Below are positions 1-10,300 of a stretch of DNA of 64,000 nucleotides, in pieces. The notes under the pieces are model-generated. The model made no database searches, was not told the origin of the DNA, and worked only from the letters and a program-made list of their open reading frames with translations. Location: positions 203,572 through 267,571 of the forward strand of contig VBWC01000010.1 in NCBI GenBank assembly GCA_006218035.1, in the 5' to 3' direction. Source of the DNA: Gammaproteobacteria bacterium (GTDB lineage Bacteria > Pseudomonadota > Gammaproteobacteria > VBWC01). The first letter of the stretch is position 1. Every line of letters starts with the position of its first letter. A program made the translations under genes and the position numbers.

Positions 1-434
1 CGCGGCCGCTCGGTGAGCCGTTTCAGCTCGACGAGTATCGGCTCGAACACGGACTGCAATTCGGTGCGCCAGTTGAATGCCGTTTCGGTTTTTACACCGA
101 ACAGGCTGAGGTCCGCCCCGCCGGTCGCCATCATTTCCCACGCGGTCTGTAACGATTCCAGATCGAGCTCCAGTTGCTCGACGTCTTTGGCGATGCGCTC
201 GCGCTCCTGCGCATCCCGAGTGGCAGCCAGATCCCGCCGCCGCCCGGAGAGCTCCTGGCTTTTGGCGTTGATGGTGGTGACCAGTACATCGAGATGCGGC
301 CAATTGCCCGGGCTGGCCGCGGTTTCTGCGGTTGGCGCGGCCGCGGTCTCATCGCCGGGCGCGGCGTGCGCGTTGGCCAGCACACCGCTGGCGATGACGG
401 CAAGGAGCAGAATTCGAATCAGTGTGGCGGTCAT
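1..434 (-). CDS. 5' part of a secreted or periplasmic protein. The reverse complement of 1..434 reads MTATLIRILLLAVIASGVLANAHAAPGDETAAAP...ELSGRRRDLAATRDAQERERIAKDVEQLELDLESLQ..., a signal peptide followed by coiled-coil. It may be the N-terminal periplasmic region of an MscK/KefA-type channel. The gene continues upstream beyond the window.
   Basis: I translated it by hand. ATG is at 432-434 on the minus strand, followed by a hydrophobic h-region, AHA and charged coiled-coil-like sequence. It is not in the supplied ORF track because no stop falls inside the window. The listed ORF 13..450 on the plus strand looks like an antisense artefact. Confidence 0.4.
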   Translation of the reverse strand, partial: MTATLIRILLLAVIASGVLANAHAAPGDETAAAPTAETAASPGNWPHLDVLVTTINAKSQELSGRRRDLAATRDAQERERIAKDVEQLELDLESLQTAWEMMATGGADLSLFGVKTETAFNWRTELQSVFEPILVELKRLTERP

Positions 435-483
435 ATATCGTGGCCTTTAATGAATGAGGGAAATCCTGATCAAGTGGCTTCTT

Positions 484-612
484 GTCATTTCGACCGCAGG
501 CGACCGCCATGGATGGCGGAAGGTTGATGCGGTGGACTCGCATCGGAGCGTTTACTACCCGGATTTCTCGCCAGCTCCCTCGCGATGCTCGGGACAGGGC
601 TCGAAATGACAC
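484..612. repeat. MITE-like repeat, family A copy 1, about 129 bp. It is bounded by imperfect terminal inverted repeats: gtcatttcgacc ... ggctcgaaatgacac.
   Basis: Its 5' module gtcatttcgaccgcaggcgaccgccatggatggcgg is nearly identical to 7160-7195. Its 3' module ggatttctcgcc.gc.ccctcgc..tgctcggga.cagggctcgaaat.ac recurs at 7278-7337. Confidence 0.6.
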
Positions 613-772
613 TTAATCAGAGCTTCCTGAGGTGATTCTCGACGATCCGCGCGGTTGTGACAACCGGCACGGCGGGGTTGGTAACAAGAGCGTCATGCCG
701 CGAGCGGCGAACGAGGGCAACGCATGGAGGTACTGCCGGGAACGAGGCGAATTTACCGCAACGATGAATTGA

Positions 773-975
773 CCCCCTCACCCTGAGGGAGAGGGGGTAA
801 AAACAGGATCCGCGATTTGTAGGATGGGTGGAGCCGCAGGCGTAACCCATCAGAACCCGCGACTGTCATTCCGGGCGGCGCGCAGCGTACGAGTCCACGG
901 ATGGGCGAGGTAGAGTCGTGCCGGGAGCAAGGACCGAGACCATGTCTGGAACTAATGGTCGAGACCCGGAATCCA
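773..975. repeat. Mosaic intergenic repeat, family B copy 1. Modules are ccctgagggagagg, aggatccgcgatttgtaggatgggtggagccgcaggcgtaacccatcagaac, gtcattccgggcggcgc and cccggaatccagag.
   Basis: It is near-identical to 2697-2900 in the same orientation, and reverse-complement-similar to parts of 10470-10700. Confidence 0.6.
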
Positions 976-1175
976 GAGGTGGCCGGGGGCGGCTGGATCG
1001 CGCAGGCGATCGCGTCGAGGTTTAGTTGGCCGGCGATTACGCGAGCGACACGCTAATGATATTGCCGACGTGTTAGCTATTGTGTCGTGTTGGGTGTTGG
1101 CAATTGATCGGTCACTGGTGGCGATCGCAGTGCATCGGGTAGCGCATCTGCAATCCATCAGTCCAACCACCCGAA

Positions 1176-1220
1176 CGAGGATCAGAGAAACAGGCGCAAG
1201 GCCTGTTTCTCTGATCCTCG
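1176..1220. repeat. Perfect 20-bp inverted repeat with a 5-nt loop: cgaggatcagagaaacaggc gcaag gcctgtttctctgatcctcg.
   Basis: Read directly from the sequence. There is no T-tract on either side, so it is not a canonical intrinsic terminator. Confidence 0.5.
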
Positions 1221-1280
1221 CGTATGGACCGAACGTTCACATGGCGGTGCGGTCTATACGGCGTGCATTGGCGTCCCGGG

Positions 1281-1568
1281 TCACGCGGCCGCGGTGGCTG
1301 ACTTGGCCTTGATTCCGGGGAAGGCCAGGCTCTTGAACAATGAGTAAGCCGGGTCCCAGCCGATAATCGCACTGATAATCGTCGGTATCGCCAGCAAGGG
1401 CAGGATAACCATCCAACCGGCAAACTCCGGCGCGGCAAGCAGGAACGCCACTATCACTGCCGTCCCGATAAGAAACCGCGCAAACCGGTCCACGTTGCCC
1501 AAATTCGGGTTAAAATTGAAATGCCATTTAATCGTGTTCACGTTCTTTTCTCCATTACGTCTATCCAT
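1281..1568 (-). CDS. Small inner-membrane protein of the DUF2892 (YgaP-like) family.
   Basis: NLGNVDRFARFLIGTAVIVAFLLAAPEFAGWMVILPLLAIPTIISAIIGWDPAYSLFK is the characteristic two-TM DUF2892 core. I chose an internal Met (MDRRNGEK...) as the likely start. The ORF track extends to 1673. Confidence 0.55.
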   Translation of the reverse strand: MDRRNGEKNVNTIKWHFNFNPNLGNVDRFARFLIGTAVIVAFLLAAPEFAGWMVILPLLAIPTIISAIIGWDPAYSLFKSLAFPGIKAKSATAAA

Positions 1569-1713
1569 GAATCGGCTCCTGTCAGGGGCCTGTCCACAGG
1601 CTGCTCGACTGAGCAGGTGAGCACAATGCCCTTTTGCGCGGGCGATATCCAATGACATATTCACATCGGACACATAACCATCAAGCTATGAGTAACAAGG
1701 CAGACCACATCAG

Positions 1714-2652
1714 ATGAATCTCTCACCGCGCAATTTCAAGAATGTTTCCTTTCGCCAACTGCAGGTATTCGAGTGTGTCGCGAACCTCGGTAACTTCACC
1801 GCCGCTTCGCGCGAGCTGCACATCACGCAGCCGACCGTTTCCATGCAGATGAAGAGACTGGAAGAATCGCTGAATACACGCTTGTTCGAACAGGTCGGGC
1901 GTCAGGTGCACCTGACCTACGAGGGCCATGCGTTTCTGACCACGTGTCGCGAGATATTCACAGCGGTGACGCGTTTCGATACGCGTATCGAAAACCGCAT
2001 CGAAACGGTGAGCGGCACACTCAGAATATCCGGCGTGACGACCACCGAATATTTTGTGTCGGTGCTGGTCGGGGCGTTCAAGCAGTTTTATCCGCAGGTA
2101 AATTTTTCCCTGAGCATCCTTGAGCGCGAAAATCTGTTTCGACGCCTGAAAGACAATTCCGACGACCTGTACCTGCTCGATCAGGTGCCGAAAAATATCG
2201 AGGTCGAAGCTATTCCATTTATCAAAAACCCGCTCGTCATCGTCGCTTCCGCCCATCATCCGCTCGCTAAGCGTAAGCATCTGACGATGGATGCGCTGCT
2301 GAACGAGACGTTTCTGCTGCGGGAACCGACGTCCGGTACGCGTATCGCACTGAAAAAGTTTCTGGAGAGCAAGGCCATCACCTTGAACATCGGCATGGAG
2401 CTGAGCAGCAACGAAGCGCTGAAGCAGGCGGTGGCGAGCAATATGGGTCTGTCGGTGCTGTCGCAGTACTGCGTCGCGCGCGAGTGCGCGCGCGGTGAAC
2501 TGGTGATGCTCAATGTGCATGGATTTCCGCTCGTCGATCGCTGGTACATCGTTCACCCGAAAGACCGGCATTTGTCACCGGCCGCGGCGGCATTTCTGCG
2601 CTTCCTGCTGGATGACGGCGCCGGTGTGATCGAGCAGATCGTGCGGGTGTAA
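1714..2652 (+). CDS. LysR-family transcriptional regulator.
   Basis: N-terminal HTH (FRQLQVFECVANLGNFTAASRELHITQPTVSMQMKRLEESL) and a LysR substrate-binding domain. It is transcribed divergently from the DUF2892 gene. Confidence 0.9.
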   Translation: MNLSPRNFKNVSFRQLQVFECVANLGNFTAASRELHITQPTVSMQMKRLEESLNTRLFEQVGRQVHLTYEGHAFLTTCREIFTAVTRFDTRIENRIETVSGTLRISGVTTTEYFVSVLVGAFKQFYPQVNFSLSILERENLFRRLKDNSDDLYLLDQVPKNIEVEAIPFIKNPLVIVASAHHPLAKRKHLTMDALLNETFLLREPTSGTRIALKKFLESKAITLNIGMELSSNEALKQAVASNMGLSVLSQYCVARECARGELVMLNVHGFPLVDRWYIVHPKDRHLSPAAAAFLRFLLDDGAGVIEQIVRV

Positions 2653-2696
2653 GGCCGGCCGGCGAGCATGCAAGGGATAACTACATTATCAAATGA

Positions 2697-2900
2697 CTCC
2701 CTCACCCCAACCCGATACCCGCAAGGCATAAATCCCTGAGGGAGAGCAGGATCCGCGATTTGTAGGATGAGTGGAGCCACAGGCGTAACCCATCAGAACT
2801 CGCAACTGTCATTCCGGGCGGCGCATAGCGCCGACCCGGAATCCAGAGTTTGCTGGTTTGGAAAAAAGCTGGATTCCCGCGTTCGCGGGAATGACGATGG
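2697..2900. repeat. Mosaic intergenic repeat, family B copy 2, plus the hairpin module ggattcccgcgttcgcgggaatgac.
   Basis: Near-identical to 773-975. It ends in the palindrome ggattcccgcg ttcg cgggaatgac. It lies between two convergent genes (the LysR regulator and the GGDEF/EAL sensor). Confidence 0.6.
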
Positions 2901-2972
2901 TCTTTTATTTCTTCGCGGCGACCGTTTTGCGCGCGGCGCTGGCGCGACGGCGGGCCACGGCCCGCTTTTCCA

Positions 2973-5900
2973 TCAACTCTCCAGCAACCGCACAAACTCC
3001 CGTGACGGCACGGCGGGGGAATAGAGGAATCCCTGGGCGTAGTCGCAGCCGAAGGAGGCGAGCAGGTCGTGCTGTGCCTGGGTTTCGATGCCTTCGGCAA
3101 CGGTGCGGATGCCGAGCTTGCGGGCCATGACGATGATGGCCTCGACCAGCGCGATGTCGTTGTCGTTGCCGGGCAGGTAGTGCACGAACGAGCGGTCGAT
3201 CTTGAGGTAGTCGATGTTGAATTGTTTCAGGTACGACAGCGACGAGAAGCCGGTGCCGAAGTCGTCGATCGATACTTCGATACCGTTGTTTCTGAATTCC
3301 AGCAGGCGCTGTTTGACCTTGGGCGATTCCTTGAGCAGCAATCCCTCGGTGATTTCCACGGTGATACTGTCGCCCGGCAGGCCAAGGTCTTCCAGAATTT
3401 TCGACCACTGCTTGACGACGGGAAGCTCGAACTGTACCGGCGATTTGTTGATACTGACCTGGATGATGTCGCCGAACTGCTTGCGCCACTGGTCAATGTT
3501 GACGCAGGCATCCTGAAATACCCATTCGCAGATGTCGGCGATCATCCGGGATTCTTCGGCCAGCGGAATGAACACTTCGGGCTCGATCATGCCGCGCACG
3601 GGATGTTGCCAGCGCAACAGCGCTTCGGCCTTGACGATCTTGCGGTGCTTCATGTCGATGATGGGTTGATAGAACACGCGAAGCTCGCCCTTTGTCAGCG
3701 CGTGCCGCAAATCATCGGTCAGCGCGCGCTTCTCCTGTGCTTCCTGTTGCATCGATGGCGTGAAGTAACCGAAGCGGCTGCGCCCTTCGCCTTTCGCGCG
3801 GTACATAGCCTGGTCGACGTGTTTCATCAGGCTGTCGAAGTCCTGCGCGTCATCGGGGCACAGCGTAATGCCGACGGTCGCGGAGATATAACCGAAGTCT
3901 TTGCTGCCGAGGCAAAAGGGCTTGTTCAGTTCCTGAATGATTTCCTGCGCGACGCGCTCGACGTCGTCCGTGTCGCCGAATTCAGGCAGGATCACCGTGA
4001 ACTCATCACCGCCGAGGCGCGCGACCGTATCGGCATCGCGCACGCAGGCGCTGATGCGGCGTGCGGCCTCGATCAGCAGCACGTCACCCTTGGCGTGTCC
4101 CAGCGTGTCGTTGATTTCCTTGAAGCGATCGAGATCGATCAATAACAGCGCAATTGGCGAACCGGTGCGGTGGGACTTGCGGATCTCCATTTCCAGACGG
4201 TCCTGGAACAACCGGCGGTTGGGCAGGTTGGTCAGCGGATCATAATTGGCCTGCGTCCAGATCAGTTCGTCCTGGCGCTTCTTTTCGGTGATGTCGGAAA
4301 ACTGCGCGATATGGCGGTAGACACTGCCGTCGGCATGGGGGATGACGCTGATGTTGACCCATTTGGCGTACACCTCGCCGTTCTTGCGCCGGTCCCAGAT
4401 TTCGCCCTGCCAGTGGCCGTCGTTGAGAATGCCGCGCCACATCTCACGGTAAAACGCGTCGTCGTGCCGGCCGGACTGCAACAGGCTCGGGTTCTGGCCG
4501 GCGACCTCGGCCAATGTATAGCCGGTGATGCGCGTGAAAGCCGGGTTGATGTCGACGATGCGGTTGCGCTCGTCGGTCACCATGATGGCTTCCATGCTGG
4601 ATTCGTAGATCGACGCCGCCAGCCGCATGTTCTCTTCGGCCTGCTTGCGCTCGGTGATGTCCATGGCCGCGCCAATTGCGTAACGGGGCTTGCCGGCACG
4701 GCCGCGCACGATAACGCCGCGATCGTGTACCCAGAACACCGTGCCGTCGCGACGTATCAGTCGATGCTCTGTGTCATAGGCGCCTGATTCGAGACCCAGA
4801 TCCCAGGCCCGGCGTATCTCCGGCACGTCGTCCGGATGCATATGGGAAAACCAGTCTTCCAGCGGCTGCGTGCTCGGCTCCGCCGGCAGGCCAAGCATGC
4901 GGTTCAACGAGGCATCGCGGGTGTCGATGTTAGTGCGCAAATCGACGCGCCAGGTACCGGTATTGCTCGCGTCCAGCGCCTGTTCGAGTCGCTCGTGACT
5001 TTCGCGCATCGCCGCTTCGATTCGCTTGAGCTCGGTGATGTCCCAGTGGGTGCCGACCAGACGCTGCACGCGGCCATGCTCGTCACACACAATTTCGCCA
5101 TGGGCCTTGATGTGCCGTATTGCGCCGTCCGGCCGGACGATGCGGAACTCGGTATCGAAGGGATTCGGTTCCCGTAGACAGGCCTGTACGTCGGCTTCCG
5201 CCTGCGCAATATCGTCCGGATGCACGCGGCAGCGCCATGCTTCGTAATCGCCCGAGAATTCCTCGCGACGTATGCCGTAGAGCGGAAACATGCTGTCGCC
5301 CCAGATAAGTTTGCCGCTGTCGACATTCCAGTCCCAGATACCGACGCCACCCGCGCGCGTGGCGAGTGCGAGGCGCCCTGCGCTTTCGCGCAGCGCGTTC
5401 TCCATTTGCTTGCGCTCGGTGAGGTCGACGATGGCGCCGACGGTACGCACCAGGCGGCGCGCGGCTCCCTGACCTTCGAACACGGCCTGTGAACGCGCGA
5501 TCACCCAGCGTATCGTGCCGTCGGTGCGCACCAGCCGGAACTCGACGACAAACAGTCCGTCGGCCTCGGCAGTGGCTAGATCGTGGGCATTGCGGATACT
5601 CGTCATGACTCGCTCGCGATCGTCCGGATGAACATGCGCGACAAAGGCATCGAACGTCGCCGGGTCATTGGGCGCGCGGCCGTAGATGTCCCGCAGCTCG
5701 GGAGACCAGTAGAGCGTGCCGGTGACGTGATCATGATCGAAGATGCCGCTGCGGGACGCGCGGGTCGCCTGCCGCAGCCGTTCCTCGCTTTGCTGCAAGG
5801 CCTCCGCGGCCTGCTTGCTCGCGGTGATATCGCGCGCGAATCCAACCGTGCCGAGCACATTGCCGTCCTTGTCGAGGATCGGCGTCTTGTTGGTCTCGAC

Positions 5901-6962
5901 CCAGATGTGGCGGCCCTTATCCACCACGTATTCTTCGATCTGTTTTCGTTTGCGCGTCGCCATGACCTCGGCATCGTCCGCACGGAATTTTTCCGCCAGC
6001 TCCCGCGGCCAGACATCGAGGTCCGTTTTGCCCAGTATTTCCTGCGGATCCGTTCTTCCAGCCGATATCACGTGTGGCATATTGACTGCGATGTAACGCC
6101 CTTCGGTATCCTTCAGCCACAGCAGATGCGGAATATTGTCCAGGATGGCATTCAGGTTAGCCTTTTCCTGCATCAGCGCGCGCTCGGCCTGCTTGAGTGC
6201 GGTGATGTCGTGGAACACACACTGGAAAATGATCTGGCCGTCGGGCAGGGTGATGGTGCGAATTGACACTTTTACGTCGAGAATGCGCCCGCTTTTCGTT
6301 TTGTGCCGGGACATGAAATCCTGCCTGCCGGTCGCCATGAGCCGCTGCATGATTTCCTGTATCTGAGCTTCGTTGAAGGCCAGCGAGTAATCCTTGACCC
6401 GCAGTTGCAGCATCTCCTCGGCCGAGTATTCGTAGACACGCAGCGCCTCGTCGTTGAAGCCGATGACGCGGTAATCGCTATTAATCAGCACGACACTGTC
6501 CGGCAACTGGCTGAAGAGCGTCTGGTAGCGCAGCTCGATCGCCTGTTTGTCGTTTTCGAGCCGCTTGTGAGCCGTGATGTCTTCGACAAGACACAGCAGG
6601 CTGTCGGGGGCGGCGGTGTCTCCTTTGATCGGTATCACGAGCACCGACGCCCAGATAACGGTGTTGTCCTTGCACAGGTAACGTTTCTCAACGCGGTAAC
6701 TGGGGATATTCCCGATTACCAGCTCGCTCAGACCGTCGATGTTGTGACGGATATCGTCAGGATGGGTAATTTCAGTGAAGCTGCGCCCGATCAGCTCGGC
6801 GCGGGGATAACCGAGCATTGCGCAGTAGGATGGATTGACGTCGAGAATCGTGCCGGCCAGATTTCCGTGGACGACCCCCAGCCCGGACGGCGCCAGCGCG
6901 GCAAATATTTCCGTTACCGTCGTATGTGACCGCCTGGACATACCTCTTCCCGGATCGAACAA
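2973..6962 (-). CDS. Multi-PAS/PAC sensor diguanylate cyclase/phosphodiesterase: PAS repeats, then GGDEF, then EAL.
   Basis: GGDEF motif (RLGGDEFTVIL), EAL motif (EALLRWQHP), and multiple PAS/PAC units. 1329 aa. Confidence 0.9.
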   Translation of the reverse strand: MFDPGRGMSRRSHTTVTEIFAALAPSGLGVVHGNLAGTILDVNPSYCAMLGYPRAELIGRSFTEITHPDDIRHNIDGLSELVIGNIPSYRVEKRYLCKDNTVIWASVLVIPIKGDTAAPDSLLCLVEDITAHKRLENDKQAIELRYQTLFSQLPDSVVLINSDYRVIGFNDEALRVYEYSAEEMLQLRVKDYSLAFNEAQIQEIMQRLMATGRQDFMSRHKTKSGRILDVKVSIRTITLPDGQIIFQCVFHDITALKQAERALMQEKANLNAILDNIPHLLWLKDTEGRYIAVNMPHVISAGRTDPQEILGKTDLDVWPRELAEKFRADDAEVMATRKRKQIEEYVVDKGRHIWVETNKTPILDKDGNVLGTVGFARDITASKQAAEALQQSEERLRQATRASRSGIFDHDHVTGTLYWSPELRDIYGRAPNDPATFDAFVAHVHPDDRERVMTSIRNAHDLATAEADGLFVVEFRLVRTDGTIRWVIARSQAVFEGQGAARRLVRTVGAIVDLTERKQMENALRESAGRLALATRAGGVGIWDWNVDSGKLIWGDSMFPLYGIRREEFSGDYEAWRCRVHPDDIAQAEADVQACLREPNPFDTEFRIVRPDGAIRHIKAHGEIVCDEHGRVQRLVGTHWDITELKRIEAAMRESHERLEQALDASNTGTWRVDLRTNIDTRDASLNRMLGLPAEPSTQPLEDWFSHMHPDDVPEIRRAWDLGLESGAYDTEHRLIRRDGTVFWVHDRGVIVRGRAGKPRYAIGAAMDITERKQAEENMRLAASIYESSMEAIMVTDERNRIVDINPAFTRITGYTLAEVAGQNPSLLQSGRHDDAFYREMWRGILNDGHWQGEIWDRRKNGEVYAKWVNISVIPHADGSVYRHIAQFSDITEKKRQDELIWTQANYDPLTNLPNRRLFQDRLEMEIRKSHRTGSPIALLLIDLDRFKEINDTLGHAKGDVLLIEAARRISACVRDADTVARLGGDEFTVILPEFGDTDDVERVAQEIIQELNKPFCLGSKDFGYISATVGITLCPDDAQDFDSLMKHVDQAMYRAKGEGRSRFGYFTPSMQQEAQEKRALTDDLRHALTKGELRVFYQPIIDMKHRKIVKAEALLRWQHPVRGMIEPEVFIPLAEESRMIADICEWVFQDACVNIDQWRKQFGDIIQVSINKSPVQFELPVVKQWSKILEDLGLPGDSITVEITEGLLLKESPKVKQRLLEFRNNGIEVSIDDFGTGFSSLSYLKQFNIDYLKIDRSFVHYLPGNDNDIALVEAIIVMARKLGIRTVAEGIETQAQHDLLASFGCDYAQGFLYSPAVPSREFVRLLES

Positions 6963-7137
6963 CCACTGCCGGCCATATTGGCTTTTCCTGGCCGCCGTGT
7001 AAACCCGGGGAGATCAGGGTGTGAGATATTGGCGGCTGGCACCGGGTTACCGGCCGGGCGTCGCTTAGCTTCGACGCGTTTGGGGAGTGATCACCGTTAT
7101 AAGGCGGGCATCACGGAGTTAACCCAATTTGGGTCGG

Positions 7138-7337
7138 TATCATTCCGACCTGGATCGGTGTCATTTCGACCGCAGGCGACCGCCATGGATGGCGGAGGGT
7201 AGAGCAACGCAGGAGCAGTTGCCGGGAGAAATCCGTGTCTCGAACATCCGTTCGAAAAAAAGGTCTCTCACCTTCGTTCGAGACATGGATTTCTCGCCCG
7301 CCCCCTCGCTGCGCTCGGGACCAGGCTCGAAATAACA
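7138..7337. repeat. MITE-like repeat, family A copy 2, about 178 bp plus a partial upstream half-repeat gtatcattccgacc. It has an extra internal insert carrying a 10-bp inverted repeat tgtctcgaac...gttcgagaca.
   Basis: Its 5' and 3' modules match 484-612. It sits between the GGDEF/EAL start and the 3' end of the E2-E3 gene. It produces spurious ORFs 7129..7335 and 7235..7495. Confidence 0.6.
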
Positions 7338-7398
7338 GGTGGGTAATACCACCGAATCGTCGTTCAAGGCCCGGGCTTTCCCGGCCGTGGACAATCCG

Positions 7399-10300
7399 CT
7401 ATTTCTTCGCCGCAACCTTCTGTGAGCGGCGCAAACGCGACAGCAACCGTCGGGCCATTTCGCCGAAGAGTTCGGTCTGGGTCGGGTGCGGGTGAATGGC
7501 GTGGGCGACCTGGTCGAGCGTCAGTTGGCCCGCAACCATCATGACGGCCTCGCCGATCAGCGTGTCGGCATGGTCGGTGAGGAAATGCACGCCGATGATG
7601 CGGCGGCTGGCCTTGTCGGCGACGAGTTTGATCATGCCGAGCGTTTCTCCGGTGATCATGGCCTTGGCGTCGATGCTCATCGGCATTTTCACTTCGACGG
7701 CGTCGATGTTTTTTGCCTTGGCCTGTTCCACCGACAGGCCGACGAATGCGGCCTGCGGACGCGTGAAGATCACGCCACAATCCTTGTCCTGGTCGTAGCG
7801 CGCGGACTCGCCGCTGATCGTCGCCGCGGCGACGCGGCCCTGCGTGGCGGCGGTATGCGCGAGCATGTAGCCACCGATGACATCGCCGACCGCGAAGATG
7901 TGCGGCACGTTGGTGCGGCACGACGCGTCGGCCTTGATCAGGCCCTTTTCGCTTTGCACGCCGGCGACGTCGAGGTTCAGCGGATCGAGCACCGGGCGCT
8001 TGCCGGTCGCCATGATCACGTAATCACACGCAAGCTTCTTCGCGCGGCCGCCGGCGGGTTTGTAAGTAAGCTCCATCTTGCCCGGCTTGCCGCTGATCTT
8101 CTCGACCTTCGCGGAGGTGTGCACGGTCAGACGCTTGTCGTCGTTGAGTATCTTGGCAAGGTTGGTGGCGATCTCCGGTTCGACCTCGGCGAGCAACCGA
8201 TCCTGCACTTCTATCAATGTGACCTGCGCGCCGAAGTCCTGGAATATCTGCGCCATCTCGACACCGATCGCGCCTCCGCCGACAACGGCGAGTTTTTTCG
8301 GTGCCTTGCTCAGGAACCAGACCGTATCGGATGTCAGCACGCCGCCGGACGCGAGCCCTTCTTTCGCACCGGATACCGGCGGCACGAACGGCGGTGCACC
8401 GGTGGCAATCACGGCCGCGCCGAAGGTGATGCGTTGCCCCTTGTTGCCGTTACCTTGCGGCGCGCGCGCGTGCGGGTCTTTGCGGTTGCCGGAGGTGTCG
8501 ACGAACACGGTGTGGTCGTTTTCAAACCGTGCAAAGCCCTGGATGACTTTGATCTTGACGCCGGTGTCGGTCTTCAGCGCCATGTCGCCGCGCGTTTCGA
8601 GCACGCCACGGCGGGTTTTTTCGAGCACTTTCCAGTCGAGCTTTGCAACGTTGGTGCCTTTCACGCCGAGGCGCGCGTCGTGCGCGCGATCGCGCATGCG
8701 ATCGGCCGCGGCGCGCCACGCCTTGGACGGAATGCAGCCGCGCCACAGACATTCGCCGCCGGGGAACGACGAGTCGTTGATCATCGCGACCTTGAGGCCG
8801 TGCTCGACGAGTTCGCGGGCGCAGTCTTCGCCGCCGGGGCCGCCACCGATGACGACGACGTCATAGTCCCACTTGCCGGCCGGTATCGCCGGACCGCTTG
8901 GGCCCATCCAGCCGTCCGGCTGTTCGATGTACTGCTTGAGTGTGTTCAGATACATGGCCACATCCGCTCCGTTAACGACGCGGTGATCCGCGGTGATCGT
9001 GAGCGGCATGCCCCGCTCGTCGGCTGAAGAGATCGCGAGTATCGCGGCCGTGCCCGGCGTTGGAATTGCATCGAAGTACGTCACACCGAGCATGCCCATG
9101 TTCGATACCATGAACGTCGGATTTTGAAATTCGGCCGGCTTCAGGCGGCGCTTGCGCGCGCGCGGGACGAGGTCACTCCAGTCCGTGTTCAGTTCCTTGA
9201 GCGTGCGCGATTCACAGTTACGCAGTATCGGCACCACCAGGCCGCCATCGTCGGCGGCGACAGCGACGCCGATATCGACGTTGGCGCGCTCGACAAGTTT
9301 GTCGACCGGCTGGTAGGCCCAGTTCATGTTCGGGTGTTTTTGCATGGCCAGCGCGCAGGCTTTGGCGATCGCGACCGAGACCGAGATGCCGGCCTTCTTC
9401 GCCGCGCTGATCAGTGCCGTGGGTTGCGCGTTCAGACTGACGCGGAACGTCGGCATGCTTAGCGCGCCGCTCATGGCCTGCGCAATGTTGCGCTCAAGCG
9501 AGGTCATCGGCCGGCCGGCACCGGGCACTTCAACGACCGGGAACGCCGCGCCCGCCGGCGCGGCCGGCGCAGTGCGTTGCACGTCGGTACCGACGATCAC
9601 GTTGCGCGGGCCGCTGCCGGCCAGCATGTTGAGATCGACGCCCGTCTGGCCGGCGAGTTTGCGCGCGTACGGTGTCGCGAGCTTGCTCTTCGGGCGCGGC
9701 GCGGGACGCGTGCCGGCTGTAGTCGCCGATGATGACGGCGCGGCGGTCTTCTTTTTCTTCTGCGGCTCTGCGGCCACAGCGGCGACGGGCGCCATCGCGC
9801 CGCTCTGCACCTGCGCCTTGGCCTCGACCAGATAACCCATCGCCGCGCCGACCGGAATCACGCTGTCGGCCTCGGCCAGCGGGCCGGACAGAAAACCCTC
9901 GCGAAACACCTCGACGTCCATGATCGCCTTGTCGGTCTCGACGCTGGCGACGATGTCGCCGCGTTCGATCTTGTCGCCAACCTGCTTCTGCCATTCAACG
10001 ACAACACCTTCGGTCATCGTGTCCGACAGCTGCGGCATTTTGATTATGTGGGTGACGCCTGCGGGTTCGGCGGATGCCTGCGGTGCGGCGCTGGCCGGTG
10101 CGACGGCGGGTGCTTCGGATGCTTCTTCATCGCCGGACGCCACCAGCGCCTCGCCGGCTTCCGCGACAACCTCGTTCGCGCTGGCGACCAGATAGGCTAG
10201 CGCGCCACCAACCTGCACGACGCTGTCGACGGCCGCGCGCGGACCAGACAGCCAGCCCTCGCGGAACACCTCGACATCCATGATGGCCTTGTCGGTCTCG

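Noticed and set aside
3069-4145. 358-aa plus-strand ORF (and others at 4170..4787 and 5583..6266) inside the GGDEF/EAL gene.
   Set aside because: It is antisense to a strongly supported 1329-aa gene. The translation is Ala/Arg/Val-rich, as expected from reading a GC-rich gene on the opposite strand.
7129-7335. Short ORFs entirely inside repeat elements (7129..7335, 6978..7202, 10632..10823, 10645..10965, 2767..3024, 617..850).
   Set aside because: These are generated by the dispersed repeats. The same pseudo-peptides recur wherever the repeat occurs, and they lack translation signals.
7364-7921. 185-aa minus-strand ORF overlapping the 3' end of E2-E3 and the MITE.
   Set aside because: The frame is Arg/His/Gly-rich low complexity. 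It overlaps a real gene out of frame and runs into the repeat.
7486-9027. 513-aa plus-strand ORF and 262-aa ORF (8078..8866) overlapping the E2-E3 gene.
   Set aside because: Antisense artefacts. The minus-strand frame carries unmistakable lipoyl, E2 and E3 motifs.
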